Positions 38,099 to 47,124 of a stretch of 64,000 bases of DNA are shown in pieces; positions within the stretch are counted from its first letter, which is position 1, and the number at the start of each line of letters is the position of its first letter. A program made the translations under genes and the position numbers. The notes beneath the pieces were generated by a model. It ran no database searches. It had not been told where the DNA came from and was given only the letters and a program-made list of their open reading frames with translations. Source of the stretch: Takakia lepidozioides (lineage: Eukaryota > Plantae > Bryophyta); the NCBI GenBank assembly GCA_030704615.1, contig CM060731.1:46438001-46502000 (forward strand). Direction: 5' to 3'.

Positions 38099-38776
38099 AG
38101 GTTCTAGAGACAGGATTGTGGATCTTTCATGGCACTCTCACACTCTAAAAATTCCATAGATTTTAGCAGAGTCCCCAAAGCAGAAACCAGGTTAGATAGG
38201 TAGATTTCCCCTTTCTGCAGCTATCCACCCAAAAACTGAGTCAAACGGAGTCCATTTGACAAAGTTATGACCAACCAGGCTCTAAATCATTTAAATTATA
38301 TCAAAGTTTTTTTTTTTTTTTTAACACCAAAACGTTCCCGCCATTAAGAACCGTTCCCGGGTTTCATTTGTGGTTACAGATGCACCACAGACTTGCTCGC
38401 TTAGTGAGCTGCTTTGCTCCAGCGACGACTCTCGAGCTCGGGTGGATGGCTATGGCGATGGTGGTGGCCTGTGCAGCGTCAGGCATCTATTTCCCGTGAT
38501 GCAAGCACTCGAGCCATCCCTAATGCAGGGACAAGCCCTGATGATACTCTGTCAGAACCTGGTGGGCAGCTGCCATCTGCACTTGCTCCCTCTTCAGACA
38601 ATCTTCGGACCTAGTGTCAAATGTGGAAGTGGTGAAGGAGCTTATTGACAAAGGCAACTGTGTTGGACTATCCACAAAGTGGAGAGTAACCAGATCAGCT
38701 TCGTCATTTAGTTGAAGCTTGGAGCATAGGTCTGCATACTCCGATAGGGCAAGGCACTATCTCAATTCAGGTAGCG

Positions 38777-38992
38777 ATCATGTTTGCTTTGACCTCCATC
38801 AAGGGAGTGGAGCGCCGTTTCGCTAACCTGGTCTGCAAGAAGGCGGACGTCGACACCAGCAAGAGAGCTGGTGAGCTGTCGGGTGCGGAGCTGGAGAACT
38901 TGATGGTGATTGTCGCGAATCCCCGGCAGTTCAAGATACCTGACTGGTTCTTGAACAGGAAGAAGGATCACAAGGACGGACGTTATTCGCAG
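38777..38992 (+). pseudogene. RPS18: Captured cytosolic 40S ribosomal protein S18 (uS13) exon
   Basis: [57 protein letters not shown] followed by GT. Confidence 0.9.
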
Positions 38993-39494
38993 GTCAAACT
39001 TTCTTCCAGACTGATCCAGGTCCTGTCAGTCCAAGTAAGTAACCTCTCCTAGAGGAGAACTAAAAGAGATTACGGGGAGGTAGGTTACATATGCACACAA
39101 CTGGAGCTGGAACACCTGCCCCCCTGATCCACCCCCACCATAACCTTGATAGGCAGAAGTAGCAGGGTACGAGTTTCCAATTAAGCCGTAATTCAGCTTC
39201 GAAGATGTTCAACTAGTGAAACACACAGCAGCTGAGAAAGATGCAACTGATGAAAGCCCTGCCACTCCTCACACCTCCACGCTCCCGGCATGCTCACCAA
39301 ATGAAAGAAAACCAGAAGAAAACTCCCCTTCACCTGCAGAGTCCAGCTTTTGACTTTGTCTCGAGCCTGTTACATTCTCAGAGATTTTACTATTCCACTC
39401 AACCATTTCACATCAAGCACACAGGACAGCCTGAAACCTAAACTTTCCACGTTATTATGCAAGTTTGACGGGCGGGATGTACAATCGGAATGGA

Positions 39495-39836
39495 CTATCC
39501 AATCTGCAGACCAAAATCCTTTTCTTCCCAGCAGAATCGAGTCCTTGAGTCCGAGTCCCCCTTGCGAATCTTCAAGTCCATTATACTCGTCATTCGAGGT
39601 TGATACAACGAATACACAACCGATTGCCGCCTGGTCAATTCCAGCTGCTGCTTCCCCTGATTGAAAGCAGAGACAACGCTGGAAAGATCCGACAGCTCGG
39701 AATTGTCCTTAAACGCTTCCCGACTTCGCCGTTTCACGTACTCCCGCACATTATAGTGCGTAAATCTTCACGCTTCTCTGAGAAAGCCTCTCAACAGCGC
39801 CCGCACCTCCGCTGCAGATGGCGCTACTGCGGCCAT
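39495..39836 (-). pseudogene. ISD11: Captured LYR-motif protein ISD11/LYRM4 CDS with one in-frame TGA
   Basis: MAAVAPSAAEVRALLRGFLREA*RFTHYNVREYVKRRSREAFKDN..GKQQLELTRRQSVVYSLY. Confidence 0.85.
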
Positions 39837-39839
39837 CGC

Positions 39840-39940
39840 AATTCTCCCTCCACTTCAGGATTGTTGATCAAATGCAGCACCTTGGTTGTTGACCGGTCAT
39901 ATTCCCTGTGTCCTAGCTTGGACTCCAAGACTGCAAGAGT
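39840..39940 (-). pseudogene. Captured MAD1-like fragment
   Basis: LAVLESKLGHREYDRSTTKVLHLINNP resembles the conserved MAD1 LESKLGxGDY...TKVLHM..NP segment. Confidence 0.6.
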
Positions 39941-40084
39941 GCAGGTATCAGCGTTCACCGCTTGCCAGCGCTGCTCCATGCTGCACGGTAGAGCTTCTCT
40001 CTAAGCTTACTGGGGAAACAATCATCCAGCTTCAAGGATCACGCATAGGTGCCAACTAGCATTTGCTGCTGCATTTTTAAGTCT

Positions 40085-40224
40085 CTCCTCGTGTACTCCA
40101 AAGCCTCTGGTGACTTGGTAGCTTTAGCGACTGCAATAACAGTGGCGGCTCCGGCATCGTCATCCTCCAGGCGTTTCAGGGCACGCTGAATCTTGTGATC
40201 ACATTCAATGATATGCTTCTCAAA
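40085..40224 (-). pseudogene. Captured LUC7-like fragment
   Basis: IIECDHKIQRALKRLEDDDAGAATVIAVAKATKSPEALE resembles plant LUC7 IVECDRKIxRALKRLxEEDAKAAIAISVSEVTQSPEILE. Confidence 0.7.
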
Positions 40225-40296
40225 CTAAGCACTACTTACACACAGGTAATCTTGCAAGTGCTAACCCACAACTCCTACCTTGCACTCACAGGTAAG

Positions 40297-40313
40297 AGCT
40301 GATCTCTCTCGAG
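40297..40313 (-). promoter_or_regulatory. Putative self-priming primer-binding site
   Basis: Directly follows the ..TATCA end of X on the sense strand; 40297-40314 is a 17/18 inverted match to 40503-40520; no TGG tRNA-type PBS. Confidence 0.6.
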
Positions 40314-40669
40314 TGATAAAGAAGCTTGAAAGGACATACACTCCCAACACAAGAAATATAAAATCCATCGCTATCACTCATTGAAACTGAAGTCGAGCCA
40401 GGGGCACCCCAAGCTATGGGGACTCCACCCCACAACAACCTGTATCCCTACATAAGCACACTAAAACCTAAACACATGCAGGAGCTCGGTCGCGCAGGCT
40501 CAACTCGAGAGAGATGAGCTGCGCGACTGCCGCTCTCGTGAAGATAAGACAGACCAGGTGTCAAACTAAACTTGACACCTGATTTAACACTTGACCTAAC
40601 TCCAAGTGTTAAATACAAATAACTAGTTTTATTCTAGCTGTTTTCACACTGTGCTTATTTAACTTGACA
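40314..40669. repeat. Repeat X, terminal (5') copy (356 bp)
   Basis: Near-identical to 28808-29160; no adjacent Y copy. Confidence 0.95.
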
Positions 40670-41031
40670 AAGGGCTTTTTGTGCTCGTTCGCCCTCATGA
40701 CCCAATGACGTGCCCGTTCTGGATGGGAATGGCAATTTCAGATGTCATCCGAGAAAGGGAAGATCCTAATTTTAAGAAAGTGAAGGTGGAGTGGTGGAGA
40801 CTGAAGAAAAGAGGTAACCCCTCAGACTTTGAGAGGTACAAGGACTGTTGGTCAAAAGTTTGGGAGTACAACCCGTCAGATCCTGCTCAATGGATCCACG
40901 TGAACAATGTCGTGTGGACAATGCCGCCACGAAAAATTACGACAAGAAATAGCACCAAGACAATTACAACGGTGGAAGCAGTGAAGGCGCGCGCGAATTT
41001 GGAGGTTGCTAACCTTCAGCCAGATACCTGA
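40670..41031 (+). pseudogene. Sola-like transposase, C-terminal part
   Basis: Continues the frame interrupted at 28721 (GLFVLVRP..PFWMG..VKVEWW). Confidence 0.75.
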
Positions 41032-41399
41032 AGGTTTCCTTCTTGCGAACCATTTTCCATCCATAGACTAAATGTTGAGGTTATTTCCGGTCTTTCATTT
41101 TAAGATATAAAAATTTCTTTACGCTTCTTTCCCTTCGTGTTTGCTTTGGGTGATCTTTCTTGTCTTCCTTTTCTGTCGCAATGAACCTCGAGTGGGCCGT
41201 GGACGTTCATCAATTTTCTTTCTGCCATGTTGGACTCTGCACTGCTGTACATTCTGTTCATCTACATATATTCGTGACATGGGGGATTCTGGCTTACAAA
41301 ACAGACAATGCACCAAAAAAAAAAAATGCTTGCACAACCCCTGGATTCTTTCTTTTCCAATCCGGTCTAAATATTTTTTTGCAATGTCTCGTTCTAGTG

Positions 41400-42145
41400 A
41401 GTGCGAGTCTTCTATATTTGTTTGTCCATTTATACCTTTACCATCACCTCTAAATCCTTGCCCTTCGTTTTACCCTTCCCTTAAACCTTCCATAGGCTTA
41501 AGCCGGACACTTAGTACCCTAAACTATTACTCTTACCATATACCAAAAACCTTTGTGTACTCCCATAAATCCAAACCCTAAACCCTTACCCTGGCCTTAA
41601 TTCTTACCCTAAGATTAAGCTTGACACTTACTACCTTAAACCATTACTCTTACCATATACCAAAAACCAGGTTAGTGTACTACCCTACTTACACTCCAAA
41701 CCAAGTTATCGTACTACCATGTGTGAGTCTTCTATATTTGTTTGTCCCTTTGAACTACCCTAAATCCAAACCCTAAATCCTTACCCATTCCTTTACCCTG
41801 GCCTTAATCCTTACCCTAAGCTTAAGCCTGACACTTACTACCCTAAACCATTAGTACTCTCACCATAATATACCAAAAACCAGATTAGTGTGTAACTACC
41901 CTACTTACACTCCAAACCAAGTTATTGTACTACCATGTGTGAGTCTTCCATATTTGTTTGTCCCTTTCTACCCTAAATCCAAACCCTAAACCCTTACCCT
42001 TCCCTTTACTCTTCCCTTAATAATCCTTTACCCAAGCTTAAGCGTGACCCTTAGCACCCTAAACCATTACTTTTACCATATACCAAAAACCTTAGTGTAG
42101 TACCCTACTTATGATAAACTCCAAACCTTATTGTACTACCATGTT
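41400..42145 (+). repeat. Degenerate subterminal tandem repeat (4 units, ~125-215 bp) rich in AAACCCT-like motifs
   Basis: Recurring TTAAGCyTGACACTTAsTACCCTAAACCATTAC..CCATATACCAAAAACC at ~41497, ~41615, ~41821, ~42037. Confidence 0.7.
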
Positions 42146-42852
42146 ACCTCTTGTAAAATTTGTATCATTCTCTTAATGTTTTCTTTAATTTTCAAGTTGG
42201 ATAACGTATGATAGAATGATTACATGGATATCAAATTCCCTTACATTTTTACATTCTACAGAGGTTTAGAGTTGTCCATATTTGTTTCTCTCTTTCTATC
42301 CTAAACCCTTTAAAACCCTAAACCCTTCTCCGAGTCACCACAAAGTTGGACCTTATTGCACTTAATATATCTAGTTACACCCCAAACCTTATTTTACTGC
42401 CCTAGTAGGTCATCTTCCTAATGTTCACGCTATTTTAATATTTTATTACCCTTCTCACACCCAAAACATCACTCCAATGGCATTGTCTATGAATATTGTG
42501 CTTGTCAACATGAAGATTCAATCAAAATTACTATCAACTTATATCAAGTATGGTAGAGTACTATGAGTCTATCCCATGTTCGATTCGACACATTTGTTTA
42601 TCGTGATTGTAACATAATGTAATATTACATCATTCGACTTCCCAATCGACGTTCAATGAATTGTTGAGTTACATTGCAACTTCACAAGCACTTCAATGTC
42701 AAATGGACATCTTATATGTTACATTTTGAAGCAAGTATGATATCACTTGTAATTTCACAAAGTTCAATCACACATTATTATCCAAGATATTATTAACAAT
42801 TTTTGAATTAATTTTAATTCAAATACATATTAAGTTTGGTCCGGATTTAAGC

Positions 42853-42881
42853 CAAAAGTCGAGAATTAGTTAAAATAGGGT
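42853..42881 (-). repeat. Right TIR of DNA transposon
   Basis: Reverse complement ACCCTATTTTAACTAATTCTCGACTTTTG. Confidence 0.85.
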
Positions 42882-42882
42882 T

Positions 42883-43990
42883 TGGGGCGGTAGTTAGCCA
42901 CATTGTCTCTTTCACCTTTCTTGTAGATCAAATTGATAAGACCTTCAGAGATCTGAGAAGGCATGATCTGCTTATGGAGGATATCCTTTGCCATGTTGAG
43001 GAAATCCTGTCCGATTGTGAGCCAAAGATCTTTGAATAGTTCAATCGGCAACCCATCCGGACCTGGACACTTCAAAGAGGCCAAGGCTTCCACCGCATCT
43101 CCCAGTTCCTGCATAGTGAAAGGCTCATCCAGTTTGCCCTTCTCCCCATCAGTTAGTGAGCATGGAATATTTTCCAGAAGGGTATCCCTGGCCTCCTTCA
43201 CCAGAGGTGTGTGGGGTCTTTTCTCAAAAAGACTCTTGAAAAAGTCTGCGGCAATTTTAGACATCTGCTTGGGTTCAGAAGATTGCAGACCAGAGCTATC
43301 ACGCAAGGAGGGAATCAAGGTGGAAGATCGTCTCTGAGCTGCTTTCGCGAAGAAGTATTTAGTCATCTTTTCTCCCTTGATGGACCAGTTCATACCCACC
43401 CTAATCCTCATGAACTATTCTCTGGAGTGATGGAACAAAGAGAGGTTTTGTTTGGCAGCTTTGTATGAAAGCAAGGTTTGAGGGTCTTCCCTACCCTCTT
43501 GCATTTGCAGCTGGCAAACAAGGAGGCATTTGGTGAGGGCTTTTTCCCTACGAGAGGACTCTTCAGCCTTTTCTCTAGACAGCTTTTGACAGATACTTCT
43601 GAGAGACTGAAGTTTGGATAGAAAGAGAAGAGTAGGCGAGGAGAAGGGGGGGGGGGGGGGGGGGGGCAGTAGAGGACCAGGCCCTCTTAAGAGTAAGAAT
43701 TACCTCCGGGTCTTTGAGGAAAGTGGGGTTCAGTTTGAAGCGGCCCCTTCCCTTGACTGTAGATCCTGGGGTATGGAGAGAGAGTTGGATGGTAGAGTGA
43801 TCGAAACCAGGGGAGATGGGAAGAATAGGACATCTAGCAGACCAAGATAACAAGTGAGCAGAGCAGTAAAACCTATCTAAGCGAGCCATAGAAAGGTTTG
43901 GGGGGTCTCTATTGTTTGACCAGGTATACTGGAGCTCATCCACCAACGGTGTTGAAGCATCCAGCAAACCAATTGCCATGCAAAGAGTCT
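42883..43990 (-). mobile_element. L1-type LINE ORF2, 5' part (end of APE endonuclease, linker, RT start)
   Basis: YTWSN..ARLDRFY..FDHSTI, GEKMTKYFF, KCPGPDGLPIE, LIYKKG..NYRP; joins 12723 in frame. Confidence 0.9.
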
Positions 43991-46900
43991 GAAAGTGACC
44001 ACTTGGGTTCCAATGTTCAAAGTGTTAGGTGTTATGTGTTATGATAATTTTTACTCCCTCCTTTACTAAATGGCCCTCGACAAGTGTTAATTTTTTTCAA
44101 ACATATATATATATATAGATATAAAAGACTAGTACTTAGTTTAAGGTCATGACATATATCAATTAAACATGTCAGCTTTTAATTGAACTTAACATGGGAC
44201 CATTAAAACAGTCAGCTACTGAAACAGATTTTACTAACATGAGCAGCTGTTTAATTTCACTAAAATGTGATCATTGCAACAGTCAGCTAATGAAATGGGC
44301 TATCATTAATATAAGCAATTTTTTGTGACAGCTTGATGGAGGTTGACGTTCCTCTTGTGTGCCGTATTCAATTGTTCAAGAGGGTTTAGCCAATATTCAT
44401 AGTTTTTTAGAGCAACAGGATGAAGATGTCAAAATGCCGATCCTTGGATAAGGATATCACTAAGTTGCATGTTCAAGACTATTGACAATCAACATTGGAT
44501 TGGATTCCTACTTTCTTTTCTTTTTTTTTCTTTTTTTTTGGAACATGGGACTTTGCCCTGGAAGCTTTATTTATGTTTATTTTTGGTGGGGAAAAAAGTA
44601 AAACCCCTAAAACTACCGTGAAGGCACACGCCAGTGAAAGACGAACCGACCTCCTATTGGAGAATTCCAAAAAATTAGGGAAAAATTAGGGTAGACTGTA
44701 ATGGGGGGTAAAATCATAAAAAATCATCAAAAAGCGCCAGTAGTTGAATATCCGGAGCCTGGATTTACCATCATGAACCTGTTAAACTGTGCCGCCTGTT
44801 TATAGCCACATTTCTACCCCTGCCACCTCGTCATTCTCGCCACATGGCACTGGGTAGAATACACATGTGGCCCCTCTGGGATTTTGGAAAAATGAAAACA
44901 AAACACTGGTTGAGAGTACAACTGCTAATGAGGGAACCAGTCCTCCAATTTTGAAGGAAAAATTGCCGTTGCTGTTGTCATCAACAGCCCATGCTTGAGG
45001 GATTGTAGCGGAACTGATACTTGTTAGGCTTTCTATTGTACTCATATACACTCATCAGATTTTATGGCACGTTACTTCTCATGTCACAACTCCATAGAGT
45101 CTAGTCATAAGGGATCCCTTATGCGGTTAGTCTTTGCGATCAGCTAACCGCGTTTGCTGATTGTCAATTAAAATTGCCAAAGTCTATCCTGATGCCGGTC
45201 CCACTGCATTCGCCTTCTTTGACACATGATCGTTTGCCGCCACCATTCATTGAGGAGGTAGTCATGTTGCTTGTTGAATCCAGCATTTAGGATGTAAGAG
45301 AATGTGAAAGGGGATCTGTGGTGTGGGCTGGGAGCACAAGGACGATGCCCGAGGCATATGCTGCGCTGCCAAAAGGATGCTCTGTGAATATGCGTACTCA
45401 TGCGCCACCATCGATGATGCTCAGCATGTTCTAAGCATCACTTTTTGACCCTCACACTCCATGCCCTTTTGCCGTCAGTACTTGCGCCTCTCAAATTACT
45501 GCACTTTTGGGTTCCTCTGAGCTGCCTGCTAGTGGAATCGGAGCAGTCGTGATTGGCCACTATGTTCAATCACACCGTCTATGTATTATTGTTCACTGAA
45601 GGGAAATAAAAGGAATTTGTTACATATGCTAGACCCACAACGTGATAGGTTGCAGTACTGTCCTTTCTCTTCACTTGCACTTGGAGGTCAGTGAACCAAA
45701 AGACAGCAGAGAAGGTACTGAAAGCTGTTCGGCTTTCTTCTCGTTGAGAAGAAATTACTAGAGACAAATATCACCAACAAGCTGCAGGCAACTGATCTTT
45801 CAATTGTAATTTTGTTTGGGATTACTCAATCCCAATCCCTCGATCGTTCATCGAGGAAGAGAGGGGAAAGTTGGTGACTAGCTGCAGGAGTGGAGGAGTA
45901 TTCTGGACTTCCAGAGCGGTCGAATGTCAAGTGATCACCTTTTCCAGAGCTTGTTGAAGGTCAGTGAGTTACTGTGTGTTGGTGTATCGTTGATACGAGT
46001 GAGGGACAGACGGACGGACGGAGAGAGTGTGCGCTTGTGTGCGAGTGTTTGAGAGAGAGAGAGGTCAACTTTAAGACAATGCCAACAAACGACTGAGGGG
46101 AACGATCCACAACCCCAACACAATTTGGGGATGCCACTGCAGGTTTTCTTGAGCAGATGTTTTACCTTATGTTGACCTTTCATTTTGCTAACTGGCGGTT
46201 CTTAACGATACAATTGGGTCTTCTTCAACCAAAACAGCCCACACAACCAGTAATCAGGCTTCCTGAAGAACTTCATTTTTAAAGTTAGTATTTAGTTTAC
46301 AAAGTGGGCTGTTGTGGGCGATGGATTGGTCTATTGATATCCGTAGAGGGGTAGAGGTTCTTGTCGAGGTGCTTTATTTTGATCATTTCCATCTAGTCGA
46401 ACTTCAGAGTGTCCCAATAACAGCTTCCCCGGGGTCCATCCTCTGGAGTAGTCTCTCCACTGGTGATCCGAAAATGTATACCTTTGTTCTGTTGCGTCTT
46501 AAGAGAACACGGTGGATTCAATGCTGTAGTAACTGCTATCCCATATCATCACCTGGTTCTCTTTCTACTAAATCCTTTCAGCTTTCTTCGCCGTCTTCTT
46601 CTTCTGCTCCCGCTTTTGCCTTGCACTTACCACTTCACTCTTTTCCTTTCTTGGGCCCCTCTTCCTCTCCCCATTTCCATTATTTGAATTTGGCACGATG
46701 TTGACGTCGCAAGTCTAAGGCAAAGAGAGAGAGAGTTTTAAAACGTATGCTCTCTGTCGCTCGCTGGATCATGTGTCCCTTGGGCCGTTAACATTTTACT
46801 TTCTAAGTTACGTTACCAAGTCATTTCATTTCTTCTTTCTGTGTGTCTGTTGTTGATGGCCTTCTTTCCAATTGAAATTCTTTCTGTCCCTGGGAAGCAG

Positions 46901-47124
46901 AAGGAACGAAGATGACAATAACGTAGAATTTCTGCTTAATATGGAATGAGACTGGATCGGAATGGACGGGACGTGTTAATTAAGTCTGAAGCTTGACAAG
47001 GTGACGAGATCTACTAAGCATAAGGTCTCTTCTTGCATCACCTACAATTGACACCTTGAATCCACTGTCGGAATATCGGCAGTAGTGTGGGAGTTGAAAC
47101 CGGAAAGGAGGTGCGAGGTTGACA

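Larger units (their letters stand above)
28722..40669 (-). mobile_element. Ty3/Gypsy-type retrotransposon with DNMT and PHD domains and split (permuted) LTRs
   Basis: TGTC...GACA ends; TSD AAGG (28718-28721 and 40670-40673); removal restores transposase DIEK|GLFVLVRP; gag-PR-DNMT-RT-RH-IN order on the minus strand. Confidence 0.93.
12724..42882 (+). mobile_element. Large Sola-like TIR DNA transposon (~18.2 kb without the nested retroelement)
   Basis: 29-bp TIRs (27/29 match); TGGG duplicated at 12720-12723 and 42883-42886; removing the element restores LINE codons NYRP|ITLLN; contains a Sola-like transposase. Confidence 0.85.

Noticed and set aside
38777-39836. Functional host RPS18 and ISD11 genes
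   Set aside because: Both lie inside the retroelement; RPS18 is a lone exon and ISD11 has an in-frame stop
28722-40669. DIRS/PAT/Ngaro tyrosine-recombinase retroelement, suggested by the split direct repeats
   Set aside because: No tyrosine recombinase motifs seen; the element has a protease, DDE integrase, TG..CA ends and a 4-bp TSD
12918-41207. CRISPR-like array from the recurring 24-bp palindrome
   Set aside because: Spacing is irregular (hundreds to thousands of bp), context is eukaryotic and no cas genes are present
44000-46900. Short ORFs and possible TE remnants upstream of the LINE
   Set aside because: No recognisable motifs, termini or TSDs; the many short antisense ORFs across the window are likewise treated as shadows of real genes
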